NCBI GenBank assembly: GCA_964246135.1
Contig: CAXTPV010000002.1
Span: 1-47,635 of the forward strand
Length of the DNA stretch: 47,635 bases
From: an uncultured Acetobacteraceae bacterium
GTDB taxonomy: Bacteria; Pseudomonadota; Alphaproteobacteria; Acetobacterales; Acetobacteraceae
Direction of reading: 5' to 3'
How positions within the stretch are numbered: position 1 is the stretch's first letter; the number at the start of each line of letters is the position of its first letter. Below are positions 35,116-43,412 of the stretch, piece after piece. The notes under the pieces were generated by a model that worked only from the letters and a program-made list of their open reading frames with translations, did not search any database and had not been told where the DNA came from. A program made the position numbers and the translations under genes.

Positions 35116-37896
35116 TCAGGGCTCGCCCAGGAAGGCGCGAATGCGCCGTATGCTCTCGGCCGGGAAGGCGTGCTCCCAGTCGGTCGGCCAGTCCACCTGC
35201 GCGCCGGCAAGTCGGGCGTCGACATCGTCGACGCGCGCCATCGCCTCCACCAGGCCGTCGCAGATCGCGTCGACCGTTGGCGAGACCCCGATCAGGTTGC
35301 TCGAGATCTCGCGCAGCCGTTCGGTGGTCTTGTTGGCGAACACGTTGGTGACCGTCCACATCCCGGCCGACGCCATCTCGATCGGGACTAGGCTCGGATG
35401 CGGCGTCAGCATCAGCGAAAGGCCGACATCGAAACTCGGCATCAGCCGGATGTACTCCTCAAGGCTTGTCTTTGGGACCAGCTCGAGCGGCACGCCCTCG
35501 GCGAGCTCGAGCATGTTGCCGCCGATCGAGCCAATACCGTGAAAAGACCACTCGGCGAGGTTCACGCGTGGGTCGCGTACAACCCGTGCGAGCGCCATCA
35601 TGCCGAGTTCGAACAGGTTGCGGGCGGCGTGCTCCTCGGGTCTGGCGTAGAACAGCAGCCGCCTTTTGCTGCGCATCAACTGGCCGCGAGATGGATGAAA
35701 CTTCTGGATCGCGTTGCTGAACACCGCCGCGTCGGCATCGCCGCCAGCCCGCGCGAAAACACCGATGCCTTGATCGCGAAAGAAGTCGCGCAGCAACTCG
35801 GTCGAAAACAGCGACATCTGGGGCAGCGTGTAGGCCTGCTGGAACAAGGCGCTGATCGAGTTCATCGCCATGAAGTAAGGCTCGTACTCCTGCGCCATGA
35901 ACAGGAAAGGCCCGCCGCGAAGCTGTTGCAGCGTATGATGGGCGATGTGGGCGGCCCAGCAGTTGGTCGCGACGAACTGGTCTTCCGGGTTGACCTCCAC
36001 CGGGACCGTCCGGTCCGCTCGCGCGATCACCTCGACCTCATCGAACAGCGTGGTGATACCAGGATACTTCCCGATCTTGGTTCGCCACTCCCCCATGTTC
36101 CATTCAGTAGGCTCATGGAGAATGATACGCGTATGATAGCCCTCGCGCTTCAGTCGAAGTGCCAGGCTGAACATCCCGATGTAGCCGCCAAAGACATAGT
36201 TGAAATCGATCGTCGCGAGCAGCAGGTTCACCCGCTTGGGGTGCTCATCTGACACGTCAAGCGTAAGCGGCAGGATGTTGCGATGAATCCACTTGGTGGT
36301 GCCATACTCCAATGCTGGAATGCTGCGCCGCGGCGCCTCCATGCTGGCAGGCAGCGGCGTGACGGCGTCAGACGGCGTAAGCGTCAGTTTGCCGGCGGCA
36401 ACGACGGCGTTGAGCAGGCGCGCTCCGGGGTTCTTGACTTGCAACCGGACAAGGTCGCGCTGTTTGCGTCGCAGCGCGTAGTTACGCAGACGCGTTCCGG
36501 CGATCGACCAGAGCAACATTCCTTCGAGGTTGAGCGTCGGCCGGCCGGTACGCACCGCCGCGATCTTTTGGTCAAGTGCGGCTCGAAACGAGGTCTCGAA
36601 TCGTGAGAAGCGCTGCAGGACAACTTTCCGTTCGGCCGGCAGTTGCGGGTTCCGCAGCAGCAACGTGCGCGCCAGCATCACCTTCTGCAACACGAACTTG
36701 TAGTCGTCGAGTGACTGCTTCAGCAGCATCGTGGCCGTCGCCGCCATTCGGCGGCGGTTCGGCGCGGCGCGCAGGACTTGCCGCAGCGCTGACAGCATAC
36801 CGGGCCATTTGTTGTAGTTGTGACCGATCACGCCGCCCGTGTGCTGAACATAGTCGTAGAGAGGGGCATCCACGTATCCGATGCCGCCACGCAGCAACGC
36901 GACCAAGCCAATCCAGTGATCATGGAAGGCAGGACCGACCTGTTTCGGGAACGGCAGCAAATCGGGCAGCAGCGATGCACGGATCATGCTGGCAGCACCG
37001 GTAATGGTGTTGGCAACCATCAGCGTCGACAGGTCCGTGTAGTTGTTACGCCGTCTGGCCCAGAACGTCTCCGACCGGACTCCACCATTCGCGTCGACCA
37101 CGCGCGCGTCGCTGTAGACGAGCTGGATGCGGTCGGTAAAACCGTCGAGCAATGCCCGCAATTTGTCCGGGCGCCAGACGTCATCCTGGTCACAAAGGGC
37201 GATGTAGTCAGCATCGGTCGGCGCGCGCCGCAACGCCTGTTCGAAATTGTCGTAGAAGTGCAGGCGGGCGCGGTTCTGGAAGAACATGAAGCGTCGGTCG
37301 TGCTTGACCATCATGCGCACGCGGTCGTAATGCTCGTTGCTGGTGTCGTCGTCGGAGATGATGCAGACCCAGTTCGCGTGCGTCTGCGCCTGGATCGAGG
37401 CAATCTGTGCCTGGAACAGGTCGGCGGGTGGATCAAACATTGCCATGCAGATCGCGATACGCGGTCCGTCCGCCGGCCACGTCACCGCGGTCGGTTGCAC
37501 GCCGTCCCCGGTCAGCAAGCGGATCGTGCCAAGCAGGCGCTCGATCACCTTGCCACGCGTCAGCGTGGCTCGGAGCCACAAAGCGACATCGCGATCGCGA
37601 CCGGGCGATGCGAACGGCACCAGCCCTTCAAAGCCACTCAGCAGGCTGTTGCCGCTGCTGTCTTGTCCGGGACACTTGTCGACGAACACATCGAGGCGAC
37701 CCCAGGAGTGGTTAGCGATCGACGTCGCGACGCCATCAACGACGATCTCCAGACCGGCGAGCTGGTCGTCGGGCGAATAGCACCACCCGCGCACCGGCAG
37801 CATCGCCCCCTTGCCCACAAGCATCGTGTCGGGCAGCGCCTCATCGAGACCGTGGGCAAACGGCGCCTGGGTGATGCCGGGTGAGAAGTCGTCCAT
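35116..37896 (-). CDS. Bifunctional glycosyltransferase: unknown N-terminal domain, GT2 (rhamnosyltransferase-like) domain, WsaF-like GT-B C-terminal domain
   Basis: GT2: RIAICMAMFDPPADLFQAQIASIQAQTHANWVCIISDDDT...YIALCDQDDVWRPDKL. The C-terminal ~370 aa read VNLLLATIDFNYVFGGYIGMFSLALRLKREGY...FMAQEYEPYF...LLFYARPEEHAARNLFELG...SLVPIEMASAG, which resembles WsaF-type rhamnosyltransferases. This is the first gene of the cluster. Confidence 0.8.
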   Translation of the reverse strand: MDDFSPGITQAPFAHGLDEALPDTMLVGKGAMLPVRGWCYSPDDQLAGLEIVVDGVATSIANHSWGRLDVFVDKCPGQDSSGNSLLSGFEGLVPFASPGRDRDVALWLRATLTRGKVIERLLGTIRLLTGDGVQPTAVTWPADGPRIAICMAMFDPPADLFQAQIASIQAQTHANWVCIISDDDTSNEHYDRVRMMVKHDRRFMFFQNRARLHFYDNFEQALRRAPTDADYIALCDQDDVWRPDKLRALLDGFTDRIQLVYSDARVVDANGGVRSETFWARRRNNYTDLSTLMVANTITGAASMIRASLLPDLLPFPKQVGPAFHDHWIGLVALLRGGIGYVDAPLYDYVQHTGGVIGHNYNKWPGMLSALRQVLRAAPNRRRMAATATMLLKQSLDDYKFVLQKVMLARTLLLRNPQLPAERKVVLQRFSRFETSFRAALDQKIAAVRTGRPTLNLEGMLLWSIAGTRLRNYALRRKQRDLVRLQVKNPGARLLNAVVAAGKLTLTPSDAVTPLPASMEAPRRSIPALEYGTTKWIHRNILPLTLDVSDEHPKRVNLLLATIDFNYVFGGYIGMFSLALRLKREGYHTRIILHEPTEWNMGEWRTKIGKYPGITTLFDEVEVIARADRTVPVEVNPEDQFVATNCWAAHIAHHTLQQLRGGPFLFMAQEYEPYFMAMNSISALFQQAYTLPQMSLFSTELLRDFFRDQGIGVFARAGGDADAAVFSNAIQKFHPSRGQLMRSKRRLLFYARPEEHAARNLFELGMMALARVVRDPRVNLAEWSFHGIGSIGGNMLELAEGVPLELVPKTSLEEYIRLMPSFDVGLSLMLTPHPSLVPIEMASAGMWTVTNVFANKTTERLREISSNLIGVSPTVDAICDGLVEAMARVDDVDARLAGAQVDWPTDWEHAFPAESIRRIRAFLGEP

Positions 37897-38206
37897 CAGT
37901 TCCTGCCGCGCCGATGCGGGGCCTGGATCGGCCCGGCCATACCGATGCCTTGCCCAAAGCGAGTCCGAGCCGGGAGGGATAGCGGCGGTGAGGGATCGTT
38001 CATGCCAATGCCAGAGCTACGACGTGCGCGGCACAGTTGCCATACCGGGCCGCCGGGCGGAAGCGCCCCGGTTGCTTCCTCGTCCCGCCTGGCCATTCCG
38101 ACCCAACGCTCGCGCGCGTCAGAAATCGGCCTTCCAACGCTTCCGGCACCGGCCTATCCATCGTCGGCGAGCCCCCGCCGCGCAAGGACAGCTCCGGACC
38201 ATCAGC

Positions 38207-39409
38207 ATGGATCTCATCGCCGCCCGCCTCAACCGTATCAGCCCCAGTCAGACCATCGCGATCAGCGCCCACGCACGTGCGCTGAAGGCGGCGGGTCGCG
38301 ACGTCATCAGCCTGTCGGCCGGCGAGCCCGACTTCGACACCCCCGACAACATCAAGGACGCCGCCCGGCGCGCGATCGCCGCCAATGACACCAGATACAC
38401 CGATGTCGGCGGCACGCCGGCGCTCAAGCGCGCCATCATCGACAAGTTCCAGCGCGATTCCGGGCTCGACTACCGTTCAGACGAGATCATCGTGTCGACC
38501 GGCGCCAAGCAGGTCATCTTCAACGCCCTGCTGGCAACGCTTGAGCCCGGTGACGAGGTGGTCATTCCCGCGCCCGGCTGGGTCAGCTACCCCGACATCG
38601 TGTCGCTGGCCGACGGCACCCCGGTGATCGTCCCATGCGGCCCCAACGCCAGCTTCAAACTACGCGCCGAGCAGTTGGAGGATGCGATCACCCCGCGCAC
38701 CAAGTGGCTGATCCTGAACAGCCCCAACAACCCGACCGGTAGCGCCTACACCGCCGACGATCTCCGCCCGCTCTGCGACGTGCTGCTGGCCCACCCGCAG
38801 GTCTGGGTGATGGCAGACGACATCTACGAGAAGCTGGTCTATGACGGCATCAAGGCGGTGACGGTGGCGCAAATCGAGCCCCGCCTGCGCGACCGCACCC
38901 TGACGCTGAACGGCGTCTCCAAGGCCTACGCGATGACCGGCTGGCGGATCGGCTATGCTGGCGCGCCGGCGGCGCTCACTCGCGCCATGGACAAGCTGCA
39001 GAGCCAGTCCACCTCCAGCCCGTCCTCGATCAGCCAGGCCGCGGCGGTCGAGGCGCTGTCGGGACCGCAGGACAGCGTCGCCGCCATGGCGCGTGTCTAC
39101 CAGGCGCGACGAGACCTGGTGGTCGGCGCGCTGAACCGGATGCCGGGCATCACCTGCCACCAGCCCGACGGCGCGTTCTACGTCTATCCCTCGATGCAGG
39201 GGGTGATCGGCAAGCGCTCGCCGTCCGGCACGGTGATCGAAACCGACGAGCAGTTCGCGGTCGCCCTGCTCGAGGCCGAGGGCGTCGCGACCGTGCACGG
39301 CAGCGCCTTCATGTTCCCCGGGCACTTCCGGATCAGCTACGCACTCGACACCCCGAGCCTGGAGCGCGCCTGCGACCGCATCGCGCGGTTCTGCCGGAGC
39401 CTGTCCTGA
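38207..39409 (+). CDS. Aspartate/aromatic aminotransferase (class I PLP fold)
   Basis: MDLIAARLNRISPSQTIAISAHARALKAAGRDVISLSAGEPDFDTP...LNSPNNPTG...NGVSKAYAMTGWRIGY (PLP-Lys in SKAY). The start is residue 133 of ORF 37811..39409. Confidence 0.9.
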   Translation: MDLIAARLNRISPSQTIAISAHARALKAAGRDVISLSAGEPDFDTPDNIKDAARRAIAANDTRYTDVGGTPALKRAIIDKFQRDSGLDYRSDEIIVSTGAKQVIFNALLATLEPGDEVVIPAPGWVSYPDIVSLADGTPVIVPCGPNASFKLRAEQLEDAITPRTKWLILNSPNNPTGSAYTADDLRPLCDVLLAHPQVWVMADDIYEKLVYDGIKAVTVAQIEPRLRDRTLTLNGVSKAYAMTGWRIGYAGAPAALTRAMDKLQSQSTSSPSSISQAAAVEALSGPQDSVAAMARVYQARRDLVVGALNRMPGITCHQPDGAFYVYPSMQGVIGKRSPSGTVIETDEQFAVALLEAEGVATVHGSAFMFPGHFRISYALDTPSLERACDRIARFCRSLS

Positions 39410-39433
39410 ACCTGCGCCGGGTGCGGCCCTGAC

Positions 39434-40630
39434 ATGATCCGCCCGCGCCTGGCCGGCGGCGAGATCGCGGCCACCATCGCGACCGCCGCCCGCGCCCGCG
39501 CGCTCCGCGCCGAGGGCCACGACGTCATATCGCTCGCGATCGGCGAACCCGACCTGCCGACGCCCCCGCACATCCTGGACGCGATGGACGCGGCGGCGCG
39601 CCGGGGCGAGACCACCTACACGCCGATCAGCGGCACACAGGCGCTACGCGACGCGGTCCGGCGCAAGTTCGCCCGCGAGAACGGCATTGAGGCCGCGCCC
39701 GACGAGGTCATCGTCACCAACGGCAGCAAGCAGGCGATCCAGGCGGCGTTCGCCGCCACCCTGGCGCCGGGCGACGAGGTCGTGATCCCGAGCCCCTACT
39801 GGGCGAGCTACCCGCTGATCGCGCGCATGCTCGGTGGCGTGCCGGTGTTCGTGCCTTGTGCGCCTGAGCACGGATTCCGCCCGGACCCCGACGCGATCGG
39901 CCGCGCGATCACGCCACGCACGCGCTGGGTGGTGCTGAACTTCCCGAACAACCCGACCGGCGCGGTCTGCGACGCGGACCGGCTCGCCGCCATCGCCGCG
40001 GTCCTCGCCCGCCACCCGGATGTCTGGATTCTGTCCGACGACATCTACGAGCACCTAATCCATGACCTCACGCCGCACGCGACGCTCGCCGCCATCGCGC
40101 CCGGCCTGCGCGACCGCGTGCTGACCGTCAACGGGGTGTCGAAATCCTACGCGATGACCGGCTTTCGCATCGGCTACGCGACCGGCCCCGCGCCGCTGAT
40201 CGCCGCGATGGCGGCGGTGCAGGGCAACACCACGTCCGGCGCCAGCGCGCCCGGTCAGGCCGCCGCGGTGGCGGCGCTTGACGGTCCGCAGCAGGCACGC
40301 GACGCGATGCGCGCCCGCTTTGCCGCAAGGCGCGACCTGGCCCTCGATCGCCTCGCCGCCGCTTCCGGCTTGCGCTGCACCCGTCCGGAGGGTGCGTTCT
40401 ACCTGTTCCCCTCCGCTGACGGTCTGATCGGCCATCGCAGCGCCGGTGGCCGGCGACTCGCGACCGACGCCGACCTCGCGGACGCCATCCTGGAAGAGGC
40501 GCATGTCGCGGTGGTCGCCGGTGCCGCGTTTGGCGCGAGCCCCCATCTCCGCCTCAGCATCGCCGCCGGCGAGGCGGACATCAAAGCCGCCTGCACCAGG
40601 ATCGTCCGCTTCTGCCAGGGCTGCGCGTGA
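39434..40630 (+). CDS. Second class I aminotransferase (paralogue of the preceding gene)
   Basis: VISLAIGEPDLPTP...LNFPNNPTG...NGVSKSYAMTGFRIGY. It starts 25 nt after the first aminotransferase, and its stop overlaps the next gene's start (GTGA). Confidence 0.85.
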   Translation: MIRPRLAGGEIAATIATAARARALRAEGHDVISLAIGEPDLPTPPHILDAMDAAARRGETTYTPISGTQALRDAVRRKFARENGIEAAPDEVIVTNGSKQAIQAAFAATLAPGDEVVIPSPYWASYPLIARMLGGVPVFVPCAPEHGFRPDPDAIGRAITPRTRWVVLNFPNNPTGAVCDADRLAAIAAVLARHPDVWILSDDIYEHLIHDLTPHATLAAIAPGLRDRVLTVNGVSKSYAMTGFRIGYATGPAPLIAAMAAVQGNTTSGASAPGQAAAVAALDGPQQARDAMRARFAARRDLALDRLAAASGLRCTRPEGAFYLFPSADGLIGHRSAGGRRLATDADLADAILEEAHVAVVAGAAFGASPHLRLSIAAGEADIKAACTRIVRFCQGCA

Positions 40631-41616
40631 CACCATCGTTGCGCCCGGGCCGCGACGCCGACGGCGACGCCATGCGCGCGCTGATCGGCGCCTGCTGGTC
40701 CGAGCATCCCGGCTGCGTGATGGACCCGGACGAGACCGCCTATCTCCGCGTGCCGGCCTCTTACTACGAAGGGCAGGGCGGCCGGCTGCTGGTGGCCGAG
40801 GACGAGGGCGCCCTCGTCGCGACCATCGCCTGGGTGCCGGCCGCCGATCACGCGCTCGAGCTGAAGGGCCTCTACGTCGCGCCGGCGCATCGCGGCACCG
40901 GCCTCGCCCAAGCCATGCTCGACGCGATCGAGGCGATGGCCCGCGCGCAGGCCGCGTCGCATCTCCTGCTCTGGACCGACACCAGGTTCACCCGGGCGCA
41001 CCGCTTCTACGAGCGTCGTGGCTTCGTCGCCGCCGGCGCGATCCGGACGCTCGGCGACCGCTCGAGCTCGCTCGAATACCCCTACGCCAAGCCGATGCTG
41101 AGGCTCGCGGTCGAGGCGCTCGATGGCGTAGCCGCGGCGTCCGCGGTGCCGGCGCTCGCCGACCTGCTGGTCGCCTGCGTTGACGCCGGCGCCTCGGTGT
41201 CCTTCCTGCCGCCGCTCGACCTCGACGCCGCGCGCGCGTTCTATCGCGGCGTTGCTCGCGATGTCGCCGCCGGCCGCCGCCACCTGTTCGCGGGCTGGCT
41301 GCATGGCACCCTGTCAGGCACGATCCTGCTCGATCCGGCCTGGCAGCAGAACCAGCCGCACCGGGCCGAGATCGCCAAGCTGCTGGTGCATCCCGGCGCC
41401 CGCAGGCGCGGCCTCGGCGATGCGCTGCTCACGGCGGCCGAGATGCGTGCCCACGCGATCGGGCGAACCCTGCTGACGCTCGATACCGCGGATGCGGGGG
41501 CGTCCAGCCTCTATCGGCGCCATGGCTGGATCAGCGTTGGCACCATTCCAGGCTACGCGATCGATGGTGCTGGGCGTCCGCTCGACACCACCATGTTCTG
41601 GCGAGCCTTGGCGTAA
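40627..41616 (+). CDS. Tandem-GNAT N-acetyltransferase (two acetyltransferase domains)
   Basis: Domain 1: LKGLYVAPAHRGTGLAQAMLDAIEAMA...FYERRGF. Domain 2: IAKLLVHPGARRRGLGDALLTAAEMRA...LYRRHGW. Both carry the Q/RxxGxG/A acetyl-CoA motif. The GTG start overlaps the upstream TGA. Confidence 0.8.
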   Translation: MTPSLRPGRDADGDAMRALIGACWSEHPGCVMDPDETAYLRVPASYYEGQGGRLLVAEDEGALVATIAWVPAADHALELKGLYVAPAHRGTGLAQAMLDAIEAMARAQAASHLLLWTDTRFTRAHRFYERRGFVAAGAIRTLGDRSSSLEYPYAKPMLRLAVEALDGVAAASAVPALADLLVACVDAGASVSFLPPLDLDAARAFYRGVARDVAAGRRHLFAGWLHGTLSGTILLDPAWQQNQPHRAEIAKLLVHPGARRRGLGDALLTAAEMRAHAIGRTLLTLDTADAGASSLYRRHGWISVGTIPGYAIDGAGRPLDTTMFWRALA

Positions 41617-42841
41617 GGAGCCGATCCTGTCCGTTCCCGTCCTCGATCTGCAACGCCCAGAACATCTCGCCGACCCGTACCCGCTCTATCGCCGGCTCAG
41701 GCGGGACGCGCCGCTCGCGATGCTGACGATGGGAATCTGGGTGGTATCGCGCCACGCCGACGTCACCGCCATCCTGCGCGACTCGCGCTTTGGTCACGGC
41801 GGCGCCATCGGCTCGCCGGCCCCGACCATCGAGCCGATCTCGAATCTGGTCGCGCGCTGGATGCTGTTTTGCGACCCGCCGGCGCATGGCAGGCTGCGCG
41901 GCGTGGTCCAGCATGCCTTCACCGCCGCGCGCATCGAGGCGATGCGCCCGCGTATCCGCGCGATCGCCGACGTCTTGCTGGACGCCGTCGCGGATACAGG
42001 CGGGATGGACGTCATGCGCGACTTCGCGCGACCGCTGCCGATCGCCGTCATCTGCGACATGATCGGTGTGCCCGACGCGGACCGGGAAACCGTGGTGCCG
42101 AGCTTGATGGCGACCGTGCAAGCCCTCGCCCCGAGGCCGATGACGCGGCGCGAGCTCGACCAGGCGAACGCGGCGGTCGCGTCGATGACCGCGTATTTCG
42201 GGGCGCTGCTGGCGTCGCGTCGCCGCGCGCCGGGCGACGACCTGCTGAGCGCGCTTGCCGCCGGCAGCGGGCCCGAGGGCCGGCTCGACGACGACGAGAT
42301 CATCGCCAACCTCGCCTTGCTGTTCCATGCCGGCTTTGAGACCACCGCGAACCTGCTCGGCAACGGCCTGCTCGCGCTGCACCAGCAGCCCGAGGCACTC
42401 GCGGCGCTGCGTGCCGACCCCGGCCTGCTGCCCGCCGCCATCGACGAGCTCACCCGCTTCGACGCGCCGGTGCAGCTCACCGCTCGACGCGCGCTGGAGC
42501 CGGTCGAGCTGCATGGCGAGCGCATCGAGGCCGGCGAGAAGATCGCCTGCCTGCTCGGCTCCGCCAACCGTGACGAGGCGGTGCACCGCAATCCGGACCA
42601 ACTGGACTGGCATCGCGGCGCCGCGCGCGCGGTCGCGTTCGGCGGTGGCATCCATCACTGCCTTGGCGCGCAGCTCGCCCGGATCGAGGCGCAGATCGGG
42701 GTCGCCCGGGTGATCGAACGGCTACCAGGATTGCGCATCGTCGCGCCGGACGCCTCCGCGTGGCAACCGAACGCGACGCTGCGCGGCCAACTTGCCGCGA
42801 GCGAGGCGAGGCCGCGCGAACCAACCACCGGGAGCACTTGA
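41564..42841 (+). CDS. Cytochrome P450
   Basis: Heme-binding loop FGGGIHHCLGAQLA, I-helix LLFHAGFETTANLL, ExxR ELTRFD. The start is uncertain. The ATG at 41564 overlaps the GNAT gene by 53 nt. Alternatively, a strong AAGGAG (41615-41620) sits 6 nt before an in-frame CTG at 41627. Confidence 0.85.
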   Translation: MVLGVRSTPPCSGEPWRKEPILSVPVLDLQRPEHLADPYPLYRRLRRDAPLAMLTMGIWVVSRHADVTAILRDSRFGHGGAIGSPAPTIEPISNLVARWMLFCDPPAHGRLRGVVQHAFTAARIEAMRPRIRAIADVLLDAVADTGGMDVMRDFARPLPIAVICDMIGVPDADRETVVPSLMATVQALAPRPMTRRELDQANAAVASMTAYFGALLASRRRAPGDDLLSALAAGSGPEGRLDDDEIIANLALLFHAGFETTANLLGNGLLALHQQPEALAALRADPGLLPAAIDELTRFDAPVQLTARRALEPVELHGERIEAGEKIACLLGSANRDEAVHRNPDQLDWHRGAARAVAFGGGIHHCLGAQLARIEAQIGVARVIERLPGLRIVAPDASAWQPNATLRGQLAASEARPREPTTGST

Positions 42842-43395
42842 TGCACGCGATCGACGCCCTGCTCAGCCGCGCCTCCGTCTCCAGGCTCGATCCGCCGGTG
42901 CCGACCGGCGAGGACCTCGATCGCATCCTCGCTGCGGTGTCGCGGGCGCCCGATCACGGCGCGCTCACGCCATGGCGGCTGCTGGTCGTCACCGGGCAGG
43001 GCCTCTCGCTGCTCGCAGATGCCGGCGCGGCGTCGCTTCGCCGGCGCGACCCCGAGGTCGCGGCGCGTGACCTCGACCGCGCGCGCGAAAAACTCACTCG
43101 CGCGCCGATGGTGATCGCGCTCGCCGGCCGCATCACGCCGGACCACAAGGTGCCGGAGATCGAGCAGCTGCTGTCGGTCGGCGCGGCCGGGATGAACCTG
43201 CTGAACGCGCTGCACGCGCTCGGCTATGCCGGCAAGTGGGTGACGGGCGCCAGCAGCCATGACCCGGCCTTCGCGCGCGACCTCGGCTTTGCCGATGGCG
43301 AGCGCCTCTGCGGCCTGTTCATGGTCGGCACCGCGGCCTCGACGGAGGATCGCGCTGAACCCGGCGCGGCGCCGTTCGTGCGCTACTGGAACTGA
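42841..43395 (+). CDS. Nitroreductase-family flavoprotein
   Basis: MHAIDALLSRASVSRLDPPVPTGEDLDRILAAVSRAPDHGALTPWRLLVV...AAGMNLLNALHALGYAGKW. The ATG shares one base with the P450 stop (TGATG). Confidence 0.8.
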   Translation: MHAIDALLSRASVSRLDPPVPTGEDLDRILAAVSRAPDHGALTPWRLLVVTGQGLSLLADAGAASLRRRDPEVAARDLDRAREKLTRAPMVIALAGRITPDHKVPEIEQLLSVGAAGMNLLNALHALGYAGKWVTGASSHDPAFARDLGFADGERLCGLFMVGTAASTEDRAEPGAAPFVRYWN

Positions 43396-43412
43396 TGGGC
43401 AGGCGCCCGGCG

